Part shown: positions 15,400 through 24,764 of the stretch, piece by piece
Layout of the letters: the number at the start of each line of letters is the position of its first letter
Numbering within the stretch: position 1 is the stretch's first letter
DNA from: Candidatus Bipolaricaulia bacterium
GTDB lineage: Bacteria > Bipolaricaulota > Bipolaricaulia > JBHIAT01
DNA length: 26,231 nt
Direction of reading: 5' to 3'
Assembly (NCBI GenBank): GCA_046758705.1
Contig: JBHIAT010000033.1
Location: forward strand, 1-26,231
Program-made: the position numbers and the translations under genes
Notes under the pieces: generated by a model
Database searches by the model: none
What the model was told of the DNA's origin: nothing
Seen by the model: only the letters and a program-made list of their open reading frames with translations

Positions 15400-17817
15400 A
15401 TGAAGGAGCTTGCCCCTGAGGAGTTGAAACGGAGCTACGATCCCGATTTGTTCGGGTTTGAAACGACCGAGGAGGTGGAGCCTTCCAACGAGATCATCGG
15501 CCAGGAACGTGCGGTGGAGGCGCTCAAACTCGGTTTGGGGATCAAGAACTATCGCTACAACATCTATGTGGCCGGCGGGGCGGGGACCGGGAAGAATTCG
15601 ACCGTACGTCGGTTTTTGAAGCAAATCAGCGTCAACGAGCCGACACCACCCGACCTCTGCTACGTCTACAACTTCGATGACCCTTATCAACCGAGGTACC
15701 TTCAGCTACCCCCGGGCCAGGGGTGCCAGTTCCAGGATGAGCTGCAACAGCTGGTCGAGCGGCTCCAAGAGGAGATCCCTGAGGTCTTCGAATCCGACGA
15801 GTACCAGACGCGCAAGAAGGAGATCGACGAGCAATTTAATCAGCAGAAGACCGAGGTCTTCAGCAAGGTGGAGACGACCGCAGACGAGCGGGGGTTCATG
15901 CTGCAACGCACCCCATTCGGAATCAACACCGTACCGGTGAAGGCCGACGGGAAACCGTTGAGCCAGGAGGAGTTCAGGCGACTGGGCGACGAGCATCAAG
16001 CCGAGTTAAGACAGAGGCAGGAAGAACTCCAGGAGATGATCCAAGAGGCGATCCGGGAGGTTGGCCACATCGAGGAGGAACAGACCAAGGCGGTGAGGGA
16101 GCTCGACCGGCAGGCGACCGAGGTCAGCATCGGCCCTAAGATCGAAGAGCTCGAACAGAAATACAGCGACCACCCCAAGATCATCCAGCACCTGAATGCG
16201 GTTCGGGAGGACATCCTTAACAACCTCGACAGCTTTCACGACAGTGACGGGGAAGGTCAGCAGAACCCGTTCCAGATGCTGATGAGGCAGGCCAGCCTTG
16301 ATCGTTACGATGTCAATGTGGTAGTCGACCACAGCGAAACGGAGGGGGCACCGGTCATCGTCCAGGACAGCGCCACCTTCGGGAATATCTTTGGGGCGGT
16401 CGAGCGGCGTGTTCAGTTCGGTGCGATGACCACCGACTTCAACATGATCAGACCGGGAGCGCTACACCGGGCGAACGGCGGCTATCTGGTCATCAACGTC
16501 GACAACCTGTTCCGCTACGGCGGGCTATCCTGGGAAGCGTTGAAGGTCGCGATCAAATGTCAGTTAATCCGTATTGAGGATCCCGCCCACATGATGGGAT
16601 ACACCGCCACCGAGGGGTTGCGTCCCGAGCCGATCCCAATGGACGTGAAGATCATCCTCGTCGGAAGCTCCCTGCTCTACGAGCTCCTCCAGTTTTACGA
16701 CGAGGACTTCGGCAAGCTGTTCAACGTGAAGAGTGATTTCGATAACGAGATCGATCGGGATGAGGAGTATATCACCAAGTTCGGGGCGTTCATCCGGGCG
16801 CGATGTGAGGAAGAGGACGATCTGATGCCATTCCACAAGACCGGTGTGGCGCAGGTGCTCGAGCACTCCTCGCGGATCGCCGGGGATCAACGGAAGCTCA
16901 CCGGTCGGTTCAGCGACATGATGGCGATCATCCGGGAGGCGAGCTACTGGGCGCGTCAGGCCGGTTCGGACTCGGTCAAGGCCGAACATGTCAAGAAGGC
17001 GATCGACGAGCGGACCTATCGCCACAACCGGGTCGAGGAGAAGATTCAGGAGATGATCGAGCGAGACGAACTGCTCGTCGATACCGATGGTGAGGTCGTC
17101 GGTCAGGTGAACGGGCTTTCCGTCTATCAACTCGGGGATTTCAGCTTCGGCCGGCCGTCCCGGATCACCGCCAACGCCTACGCCGGCAAGGGCGGTGTGG
17201 TGAACATCGAACGCGAGTCGGAACTCTCCGGCAGCCTCCACACCAAGGGCTTGATGATCCTGAAGGGGTACTTGGCCGAGCGGTTCGCTCAGGATAAACC
17301 GCTGTCGCTGGCGGGGAGCATCACCTTCGAGCAGAGCTATGGGATGGTGGACGGAGACAGCGCGTCGAGCACCGAGCTGTACGCGCTGATCTCGGCGCTC
17401 TCCGGCGTTCCGCTGCAGCAAGGGATCGCCGTCACCGGTTCGGTCAGCCAGAAGGGGAGGATCCAGCCGATCGGCGGGGTCAACGAGAAGATCGAAGGTT
17501 TCTACAAGGTCTGCAAGGCGAAAGGGCTCTCCGGGAAGCAAGGGGTACTCATCCCAACCGGGAACGTGGAGCACCTGATGCTCGACGACGAGATGATCGA
17601 GGCAGTTCGAGATGAGAAATTCCATATCTGGGCGGTGGAGACGGTTGAGGAAGGGATCGAGCTGCTCACCGGCCAGCCTGCCGGAGCCTTGGTGAACGGG
17701 GAGTTTGAGGAAGGGACCATCTTCTACAAGGTCGACCAACGGATCCGGGAGATCAACGAGACCCTGAACAAAGCCTCCAAAACCGAGAAGACTGACGAGG
17801 ACGAGGACGAAGAATAA
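15400..17817 (+). CDS. Lon-like S16 protease, LonC type (AAA-like domain with coiled-coil insertions)
   Basis: IGQ.RA, G..GTGK, CYVYNF..P, PGALH.ANGGYL (Walker B degenerate: YLVINV), GQVNGL, P.RITA, FEQSY..VDGDSASS (catalytic Ser) and IGGVNEKIEGF (Lys). GGAGG RBS. Confidence 0.9.
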   Translation: MKELAPEELKRSYDPDLFGFETTEEVEPSNEIIGQERAVEALKLGLGIKNYRYNIYVAGGAGTGKNSTVRRFLKQISVNEPTPPDLCYVYNFDDPYQPRYLQLPPGQGCQFQDELQQLVERLQEEIPEVFESDEYQTRKKEIDEQFNQQKTEVFSKVETTADERGFMLQRTPFGINTVPVKADGKPLSQEEFRRLGDEHQAELRQRQEELQEMIQEAIREVGHIEEEQTKAVRELDRQATEVSIGPKIEELEQKYSDHPKIIQHLNAVREDILNNLDSFHDSDGEGQQNPFQMLMRQASLDRYDVNVVVDHSETEGAPVIVQDSATFGNIFGAVERRVQFGAMTTDFNMIRPGALHRANGGYLVINVDNLFRYGGLSWEALKVAIKCQLIRIEDPAHMMGYTATEGLRPEPIPMDVKIILVGSSLLYELLQFYDEDFGKLFNVKSDFDNEIDRDEEYITKFGAFIRARCEEEDDLMPFHKTGVAQVLEHSSRIAGDQRKLTGRFSDMMAIIREASYWARQAGSDSVKAEHVKKAIDERTYRHNRVEEKIQEMIERDELLVDTDGEVVGQVNGLSVYQLGDFSFGRPSRITANAYAGKGGVVNIERESELSGSLHTKGLMILKGYLAERFAQDKPLSLAGSITFEQSYGMVDGDSASSTELYALISALSGVPLQQGIAVTGSVSQKGRIQPIGGVNEKIEGFYKVCKAKGLSGKQGVLIPTGNVEHLMLDDEMIEAVRDEKFHIWAVETVEEGIELLTGQPAGALVNGEFEEGTIFYKVDQRIREINETLNKASKTEKTDEDEDEE

Positions 17818-17823
17818 ACTCAC

Positions 17824-20010
17824 CTAAGCGAGCTTGGCTCGGATTTTCTTAGCGCGTGCTTTCATGGCTGCTGCTTCGGCTTCTCGATTTGTCTTTATCA
17901 GCAGAACAGCGTAGTTTTCCAGAGTTTTGGCTAAGTCTAGATGATCTGGATCTAGAGCTTCTAGAATTGTCAAAGATCGTTTAAAAAGTGACTCAGCCTC
18001 ATCATATTTTTCTTGATTATAATAGAGTCCCGCTAAGTTTTGGAGACTGTTAGCAACGTCTGAATGATTCGGTCCCAAAATCTTCTCCCGGATTTCTAAG
18101 GACCGTTTGTAGAGAGGTTCAGCCTCGTCATACTTACCTTGGACATGGTAGAGCCCAGCGAGATTGTTAAGGCTGTTAGCCACATCGGGGTGATTTGGTC
18201 CTAGAATCTTCTTCCGAATTTCTAAAGACTGTTTGTAAAGGGGCTCAGCTTCGGCATATCTACCCTGCAAGTGATAGAACCCTGCTAAATTATTAAGGCT
18301 GTTAGCTGTATTAGGGTGATCTGGTCCCAAGATCTTCTTCCGAATTTCTAAAGACTGTTTGTAAAGGGGCTCAGCTTCGGCATACTTGTCCTGTCTATCA
18401 TAAAGCTGTGCCAAGTCGTTGAGACTTACAGCTATATCAGGATGGTTCGGGTCTAGAGTGTTCTGACGAATTTCTAACGCTTGTTGATAGAGAGGTTCAG
18501 CTTCAGCATATTTCTCTTGGATTCGATAAAGTTCGGCCAAGTTATGGAGAATTTGGGCTGTGTAAGGATGTCCTAATCCTAAAGTTTTCTTTGCAACTTT
18601 AATTGCCTGTTTGAAAAGAGGTTCGGCTTCAACATACTTGCCCTGGCTCTTATAGAAAACTGCGAGATTGTTAAGGATTGTAGCTATGTTTGGATGTTCC
18701 GAACCCAAAGCTTTCTCCCAAACTGACAATGCCTGTTTATAAAGGGGTTCGGCTTCAGTATATCTACCTTGATTTTTATAGAGCACTGCTAGGTTATTGA
18801 GAGCCTGAGCTATGTCAGGGTGATCTGGCTGTAGAGTCTTCTGGCGAATCTCTAGAGTCTGTCGGAATAAAGGTTCAGCCTCGACATATTTGCCTTGGTC
18901 ACTGTAGAGTTGTGCCAGACCGTTAAGGATTGCAGCAGTGTTTGGATGTTCTGATCCCAGAGCTTTCTCCCAGATCGATAGCGCCTGTTTGAAAAAAGAT
19001 TCAGCTTCAGTATACTTGCCCTGATTTCGATAGAGTTCCGCTAGATTATTAAGGCTTACAGCCACATTAGGGTTTTCTGGTCCCAAATCGTTTTTCAGGA
19101 TTTCTAACACCTTCTGATGGAGAGGTTCAGCTTCACTAAAGTTTCCAAGAGCTTGGAGCACTAAAGCTCGCAAATTGAGGATAGGGATGATATCTATAGT
19201 ATCCTTCATCTGCTCTAGATTGTCTCTTGCTTGATTCAATAGAATTAGGGCTTCAGTGTAACTTCCCGCCTCGTAAAGATCTTTCGCGAGAGGGATCAGG
19301 ACAGGGTAGATCAAGGAGTTTAGCGTTAGATTTTCAGCTAGCCCCTCGGTAAGCAGGCGCTGGAGTATACGAATGCGGCGGCTACGGGATTCGGGCGTGT
19401 CTCCAGGAACGCTAAAGCGACTTAGATTCAATGATTGTATAATACCATCTTGCTCAGTAGTGATCTCAGTCGGTTCGAGAGAATAGTGATGGGCGCGCCA
19501 TGTCCATAGGTTAAAGGCGCGAGTACGTATCAAGTCGATAAGGTAGGCGGGGAGAAGGAAGATAATCACGACGCCCAGGTCAGCAAGGCGTTCACGGCTA
19601 AGGTTAAGAGTTTCAAGAGCTCCGCCAGGATTTGGCATGGAGTCAATCCAGTATTCTAGTCCATCCACAAAAAGTATTTCTGGAGTAGATTCCAAGTCTT
19701 CGAGAAATCCACGCAGGATGGTGTAAGGAGATAGACTAGGATAGAATTTGGAAAAGTCGAAAATATCATGGGAGCGCGTCAGACCATCGGCAGTTAATCG
19801 CTCTGAAAGAGTATGTCGGAGAACGGGAGAGTTGATTTGTATAAAAAATAGCTCCCCTGGTACAGCATCTCGTAGAGCAAGTAATAGACGCGGATAATCT
19901 TTCCCGAACAATTCCGCATTTTGATCATGATGGGAGATAACCACCATATGATCATTCTTGTCCTTAGATTGAACTAATCTTTCTTTCTGCTTACGCTTTT
20001 TGCTCGTCAT
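17824..20010 (-). CDS. TPR protein: N-terminal alpha/beta domain (possibly an inactive NTPase-like fold) plus about ten 42-aa kinesin-light-chain-like TPR repeats and a capping helix
   Basis: Repeated (S/I)LNNLA.LY..QG.Y.EAEPL...L.I..K.LG..HP..A units at 126-nt period. N-domain contains ILFVDGLE...LNLSRE...IFLLP...LWTWR. Overlaps the upstream NTPase stop by 20 nt; exact start uncertain. Confidence 0.88.
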   Translation of the reverse strand: MTSKKRKQKERLVQSKDKNDHMVVISHHDQNAELFGKDYPRLLLALRDAVPGELFFIQINSPVLRHTLSERLTADGLTRSHDIFDFSKFYPSLSPYTILRGFLEDLESTPEILFVDGLEYWIDSMPNPGGALETLNLSRERLADLGVVIIFLLPAYLIDLIRTRAFNLWTWRAHHYSLEPTEITTEQDGIIQSLNLSRFSVPGDTPESRSRRIRILQRLLTEGLAENLTLNSLIYPVLIPLAKDLYEAGSYTEALILLNQARDNLEQMKDTIDIIPILNLRALVLQALGNFSEAEPLHQKVLEILKNDLGPENPNVAVSLNNLAELYRNQGKYTEAESFFKQALSIWEKALGSEHPNTAAILNGLAQLYSDQGKYVEAEPLFRQTLEIRQKTLQPDHPDIAQALNNLAVLYKNQGRYTEAEPLYKQALSVWEKALGSEHPNIATILNNLAVFYKSQGKYVEAEPLFKQAIKVAKKTLGLGHPYTAQILHNLAELYRIQEKYAEAEPLYQQALEIRQNTLDPNHPDIAVSLNDLAQLYDRQDKYAEAEPLYKQSLEIRKKILGPDHPNTANSLNNLAGFYHLQGRYAEAEPLYKQSLEIRKKILGPNHPDVANSLNNLAGLYHVQGKYDEAEPLYKRSLEIREKILGPNHSDVANSLQNLAGLYYNQEKYDEAESLFKRSLTILEALDPDHLDLAKTLENYAVLLIKTNREAEAAAMKARAKKIRAKLA
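18206..18384. repeat. 53-nt exact direct repeat at 126-nt spacing within the TPR array
   Basis: ATCTTCTTCCGAATTTCTAAAGACTGTTTGTAAAGGGGCTCAGCTTCGGCATA at 18206-18258 and 18332-18384. Confidence 0.9.
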
Positions 20011-21295
20011 CCCTGATCCTCATGACTTCACGGATTGCTGGATGTAAGTCGAACCAGCGGTTATCGTTGTTATATTCGAGGATGCAAAGATTCTGAAGCA
20101 GCATCTTAAATGCCTCATTCTGTTCGACCATCCCCTTTGGCCATTCATCAATAGGTTCTAGCACTCCATAGATCTCATTCAGCTCTACAGGGTTTTCACC
20201 ATATGAGCGCGGTGAAAGTCGGTTGTTATAATCATCACGAAGCAAACGGGCGGAATCTTGAACGTCATCGATTTCAATGGTGGTACGTCCTTTAACTTTT
20301 GCACCAACCGCGGACTCTCGAAGCAGGTAGAGTAGGTCACGCAGCACGCTCCCCGAGTATTGGATCAGATAATCGAGGGCCTCTGGTGTGATAAGATTCG
20401 CGCTCTCATCAATCCGTTGAAAAACAATCTGACGCAAAATGGGGGATGAAGAAACAGGGATCATCGGTAGGAGATAGCGGATCGGATAGTCGAGAGGACC
20501 GGTTTGTGGCTCATACCAGAGAGCAATGGGGAAGGTAAAGATTACGTTGCACGGAATATCTAAAAGTTGACGGCGGTGCTCGAAGAAAAGTTTGCGGCCT
20601 TGGTCACGATCTTCAATTTTGTCGAGGCCTTCGAGTATAAGGAGAAGTTTTTGTCCATCCAGTTTTTCTTCAATAGCCTGGACGATAACCCGCATGTTGG
20701 CGATCAGTTGATCCAGACGGCTCTCGATGTGTCTAGAAACTGTTTCTCTCGTTTCACCACCGCTGTAGAGCCTGCCAGAAAATTTGACAAAAAGGGCTTT
20801 AAAAATACTCAATTGGGCACCGCCTTTGACAGACAATTCATGTCCTCTCGATTTCACTTCATCTACGGTCCGTTCATCAAACCAATCCAGTAAAGCTTGA
20901 GCTTCATCCTCTCTTATTTCGGCATCCACTTCAGCAGCCTCTTCAACAAACTTCGAGGCACAAAAAAATAAGAGCAGACGGTAATCAACTGTCGTTAGTG
21001 AGTAATAGTCGTCAATCCCAGCAATCACGGTTTTATAAAGATCGGAAATCTCTCGGGTGACGCGAAATAGCTCAGTGGACTTTCCTGATCCTGAATGTCC
21101 TGTGAAAATAATCTTCAAGTGATCAGATTGAGTGTGACTTTGACGTAGCCATTCCACAAGCTTCCGTACCACTGCTCCGCTTCCACGAGCATTTTCTGTT
21201 TCTACCCACATGTGCCAAGTGTCATCATCCAGTGGCTTAGGACTTGCGAAACGTGATATTTCGGATAATTCTGTTGCTTTTTCTCCTGTGTTCAT
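19991..21295 (-). CDS. P-loop NTPase (STAND/KAP-like, uncharacterised)
   Basis: Walker A IFTGHSGSGKSTEL, Walker B-like LLILEGLDKI, SG..RDL helical motif and LEYN...WFDLHP winged-helix-like C-terminus. Confidence 0.85.
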   Translation of the reverse strand: MNTGEKATELSEISRFASPKPLDDDTWHMWVETENARGSGAVVRKLVEWLRQSHTQSDHLKIIFTGHSGSGKSTELFRVTREISDLYKTVIAGIDDYYSLTTVDYRLLLFFCASKFVEEAAEVDAEIREDEAQALLDWFDERTVDEVKSRGHELSVKGGAQLSIFKALFVKFSGRLYSGGETRETVSRHIESRLDQLIANMRVIVQAIEEKLDGQKLLLILEGLDKIEDRDQGRKLFFEHRRQLLDIPCNVIFTFPIALWYEPQTGPLDYPIRYLLPMIPVSSSPILRQIVFQRIDESANLITPEALDYLIQYSGSVLRDLLYLLRESAVGAKVKGRTTIEIDDVQDSARLLRDDYNNRLSPRSYGENPVELNEIYGVLEPIDEWPKGMVEQNEAFKMLLQNLCILEYNNDNRWFDLHPAIREVMRIRDDEQKA

Positions 21296-21500
21296 GTCAT
21301 AATTGACCTAACTCCAGAGAATAAGGAACTGATAGCGGGGGTTTTCAATATAACCACCCATTATATAGATGATGATGATAGAGAAAGCACTAGCTATTCC
21401 TAGCACTCTTTTCTCTTCTCAACTATCATATCATACCATATGGTTATGGTATAGTACACCTACAAAACTAGGGTAAAGAGTAGTAGAATATTCTTCAAAT

Positions 21501-22796
21501 CTAGACGACCGCCTCGATCGCTGCGTTCAAGATCTCCATCCCTTCGGTGAGCTGATCATCGGTGATCACCAGCGGAGCCAGGAACCGGATCACATTTCGG
21601 TCGGGTCCGGCGGTCAGGAACAGCGCGCCGTGATCCTGAGCCTCGGTGACGATCGCCTCGGTCTCCTCGGTCGCCGGTTCCTTCGTCTGCCGATCTCGGA
21701 CGAGTTCAACGGCGACCATCGCTCCCACGCCTCGGACCTCTCCGATCAGTTCATACCGGTCCTGCATCGCTCGCAGCCGCTCCCGCAGCCTTTGGCCGAT
21801 CACTTCGGCGCGATTCAACAGATCGGTTGCTTCGATGATCTCCAGCACCTCGACAGCCGCCCGACAGGCAACCGGGTTGCCGATGAACGTCCCGCCGATG
21901 GCGTTCGGCTCGGGGGTGTCCATGATCTCCTGGTTTCCGATCACCCCGCTGAGCGGCAGTCCGGCGGCGATCGATTTCCCGATCGTCATCAGATCCGGCT
22001 CCACGCCCCAGTGCTCGCAGGCGAACCACTTCCCGGTGCGGCCGAACCCGGTCTGAATCTCATCGGCGATCAACAGCATCCCGTACCTGTTCGTGAGTTC
22101 GCGTAGAAACCTCAAAAAACCGTCGGTCGGGACGATGAACCCCCCTTCCCCTTGGATCGGCTCGACGACCACGGTGGCGACCGTCCGGGGATCGACCTGA
22201 CGGACCAGCGCCCGTTCCACCTGATCGAACGGGATGGGATTGTGGTATGGATCGGGGAACGGCAGCCGATAGACCTCGGCGGCAAGTGGACCGAAACCGG
22301 ACTTATACGGTTTCCCCTTATGGGTCATGGTGAGCGTGAGCAGCGTTCGGCCATGGAATGCGCCTTCGAACACGGCGATCGCCGGTCGGCCGGTGTAGGC
22401 ACGGGCGAACTTCACCGCGTTCTCGACCGCCTCGGCGCCGCTGTTGAAGAAGACGGCCTTCTTGGGCGTCGGGCCCGGCGCCAGGGCGGTGAGTCGTTGG
22501 GCAAGCGCGATGTAGGGCTCGTAGGCGATGATGCTGAAGTCGGTGTGGATATACCGTTTCACCTGTTCCTGGATCGCGGCGACGATCCGGGGGTGAGCAT
22601 GGCCGACGTTGAGGGCGCTGACCCCGCCGGTGAAATCGATGTAGCGGTTTCCGTCAACATCCCAGATCAGCGCTCCTTCACCCCGGCTGATGACCATCGG
22701 GGAGGTGGGGATCGCATCGGAGACGTAAGCAACCTTTTTACGCAGCAGTTCGTCCGTCTTGGGACCGGAGCGCTCGGTTTGTAACGTGGTATTCAT
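21501..22796 (-). CDS. gabT: Class III PLP aminotransferase, 4-aminobutyrate aminotransferase-like
   Basis: D.DGN.YIDF.GG, NSGAEAVENAVK, FHGRT, EPIQGEGG, DEIQTGFGRTG and GKSIAAG (PLP Lys) motifs. AAGGAGG RBS. Exact substrate is not resolvable from sequence alone. Confidence 0.8.
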   Translation of the reverse strand: MNTTLQTERSGPKTDELLRKKVAYVSDAIPTSPMVISRGEGALIWDVDGNRYIDFTGGVSALNVGHAHPRIVAAIQEQVKRYIHTDFSIIAYEPYIALAQRLTALAPGPTPKKAVFFNSGAEAVENAVKFARAYTGRPAIAVFEGAFHGRTLLTLTMTHKGKPYKSGFGPLAAEVYRLPFPDPYHNPIPFDQVERALVRQVDPRTVATVVVEPIQGEGGFIVPTDGFLRFLRELTNRYGMLLIADEIQTGFGRTGKWFACEHWGVEPDLMTIGKSIAAGLPLSGVIGNQEIMDTPEPNAIGGTFIGNPVACRAAVEVLEIIEATDLLNRAEVIGQRLRERLRAMQDRYELIGEVRGVGAMVAVELVRDRQTKEPATEETEAIVTEAQDHGALFLTAGPDRNVIRFLAPLVITDDQLTEGMEILNAAIEAVV

Positions 22797-22828
22797 CGCA
22801 CCCCTCCTTAGTTTCTTTTTCCAACTTC

Positions 22829-22834
22829 ATTATA
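22829..22834 (-). promoter_or_regulatory. Candidate -10 box for the aminotransferase gene
   Basis: Perfect TATAAT on the minus strand 32 nt upstream of the ATG; only a weak -35 (CTGCAA at 18 nt). Confidence 0.4.
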
Positions 22835-22933
22835 CCCTTCGGGCGCAACCGATTGCAGTGCTTGAAGTTACATTCCCATCCAGGCGGGGAAGGGGCGAGA
22901 TAAGAGCTCAGGTCGTCAGCGAGAATCCGCCGG

Positions 22934-23776
22934 TTACCCTTTCACGCCCCCGGCGGTCAGTCCCTTGACGAGGTATCTTTCGAAGAGCAGGAACAGCAAG
23001 ATGATCGGCACGGTGGCGATCACCGACGCGGCCATCACCAGCTGCCAGGAGAGATGGATGCTGTTGAACAGCTGGACGATCCCACGCGATAGGGTGAACT
23101 TGTCCGGAGTGTCCAGAAAGATGAACGCGAACAGAAATTCGTTCCAGGCGATCATGAACGTATACAGCGCGACGCTCGCCATCGCCGGCAGCGACAGCGG
23201 AATCGTGATCCGCCAGATCACCCCCACCCGGCTCAGCCCGTCGATCAGGCCGGCCTCCTCAAGGTCGACGGGCAGTGTCTGGAAGTAACTCTTCAGCATA
23301 TAGAGGGCGACGGGGATCGTCTGAGCCAGATAGACGAGGATGAGTCCGTTGACCGAGTCCCGGATTCCGAGCCGGGAGAACAGCACATACAGTGGAATGA
23401 CCAGAACGATCGCCGGGAACATGTAGATGAGTAAGATGCTCCGCGACATGACCTCCTTGCCCCGGAACTGCAGTCGGGTGATCGCATAAGCGCCGAGTGT
23501 GGCCAGGGAGACGGTTAACAGCACGGTGAGCGATGAGACGTAAACGCTGTTCCCGATGAACCGAAGGAAGCTGCGTTCGAACAGTACCTCCCGGTAGGAG
23601 TTGAGATCAATTCGACTGATTCCGAGGTTCGGCGGGAAGGCGATGATCTCCTCCAAGGGCTTTATCGAGGAGAGCAGCATCCAGTAGAATGGGAAGGCGA
23701 CGACCGAGATGAAGAAGGCAAACCCCAGCACCCGCAGGATCCAGATGGTGACTTTCTCAACCTGTGTTCGGGTCAT
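22934..23776 (-). CDS. Carbohydrate ABC transporter permease (MalG-like)
   Basis: Multiple TM helices, EEAGLIDG.S EAA motif and AWNEFLFA. Confidence 0.93.
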   Translation of the reverse strand: MTRTQVEKVTIWILRVLGFAFFISVVAFPFYWMLLSSIKPLEEIIAFPPNLGISRIDLNSYREVLFERSFLRFIGNSVYVSSLTVLLTVSLATLGAYAITRLQFRGKEVMSRSILLIYMFPAIVLVIPLYVLFSRLGIRDSVNGLILVYLAQTIPVALYMLKSYFQTLPVDLEEAGLIDGLSRVGVIWRITIPLSLPAMASVALYTFMIAWNEFLFAFIFLDTPDKFTLSRGIVQLFNSIHLSWQLVMAASVIATVPIILLFLLFERYLVKGLTAGGVKG

Positions 23777-23778
23777 CG

Positions 23779-24693
23779 CTATCTTTCCCTAAGTACCCAC
23801 TTGAAGTAGAAGATCAGCAGGACGGCCAGCAACAGGAACAGGAAGACAGAGACGGCCGCCCCGGCACCGACGTCGAACTCGCCGAACGCGAAATCGTAGA
23901 GTTTAACCGGCAGCACCTCAGTCCCGGCGCCACCCCCAGTGAGCAGGAAGACGTCGTCGAACTTGTTGAACAACCACAAGAACCGCAGCAGAAAGATCGT
24001 CGCCAGCACCCATCGGAGTTGGGGGAGTGTTACATAGAAGAACCGCTGGAACGGGGTCGCTCCGTCGACCTCGGCCGCCTCATACAGACCTTTGGGGATC
24101 GCCTGGAGGCGCGCCAAGACGAACAGGAACGCGAACGGAAAGTAACGCCATCCCTCGAAGAAGATGACGGTGATCAACGCGTAGGGCTCCTCGGCGAGGA
24201 ACGCGATCGGCCGAGGAAGGATCCCGGACGCCTGGCCCAGGTAGCCGACGATCCCGAAGAGCGGCTCCAGGAGCCAGCGGAACGTATAAGTCACCGCGAT
24301 CACCGGAGCGATGAACGGGAACAGGAACAGTCCGCGCACCACCCCCCGTCCCGGGAAGCGGGTGTTCACCAGCAGCGCCGCCAGCAGGCCAAGCAGCAGA
24401 GAAAGAGAGGCACCCCCGACCGTGTAGATGAGTGACGTGCGAATGTCGGGCAGGAAATCGCGGTCGGTGAACAGTTTTCTGAAGTTCTTAACGGTGAAGT
24501 CGGGGTCGAAGAGCGATATCTCGCCGAGTCGGGCCAGCGATACCTCCTGGAAGCTCAACCGGAGGTTCCACAGGACCGGAAAGATGACGATAGCGATCAC
24601 GATCAGGAACGTCGGGATCAGCATCCAGTAGGCGATCCGTTGCTCCTGCTGGCGGAGTGAGAGTCTGCGTTTGCCCAGTGACTTCAACTGCAT
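23779..24693 (-). CDS. Carbohydrate ABC transporter permease (MalF-like)
   Basis: LQAIP..LYEAA.VDGA...F..VTLP EAA motif and F..V..LT.GG. Confidence 0.93.
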   Translation of the reverse strand: MQLKSLGKRRLSLRQQEQRIAYWMLIPTFLIVIAIVIFPVLWNLRLSFQEVSLARLGEISLFDPDFTVKNFRKLFTDRDFLPDIRTSLIYTVGGASLSLLLGLLAALLVNTRFPGRGVVRGLFLFPFIAPVIAVTYTFRWLLEPLFGIVGYLGQASGILPRPIAFLAEEPYALITVIFFEGWRYFPFAFLFVLARLQAIPKGLYEAAEVDGATPFQRFFYVTLPQLRWVLATIFLLRFLWLFNKFDDVFLLTGGGAGTEVLPVKLYDFAFGEFDVGAGAAVSVFLFLLLAVLLIFYFKWVLRER

Positions 24694-24700
24694 ACCCCAT

Positions 24701-24737
24701 AAAACGCGGGGAGGGAAGGAACCCCCCTCCCCTCCCC
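24701..24737 (-). terminator. GC-rich hairpin with a short U-tract between the binding-protein and permease genes (partial terminator or mRNA stabiliser)
   Basis: Minus strand GGGGAGGGGAGG (24737-24726) pairs with CCTTCCCTCCCC (24719-24708), followed by GCGTTTT. Confidence 0.6.
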
Positions 24738-24764
24738 CTCTGGTGCTCTGAAACTTTGCTTACG

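Noticed and set aside
17819-17825. CTCACCT at the island's left edge resembling the MITE TIR start
   Set aside because: Only 7 nt, with no matching inverted end or target duplication near 21500; no att-like direct repeats were found around the island.
17900-19200. 126-nt periodic repeats as a CRISPR array or DGR template/variable repeat
   Set aside because: They are in-frame protein-coding TPR units with no unique spacers, and no cas or reverse transcriptase gene is present.
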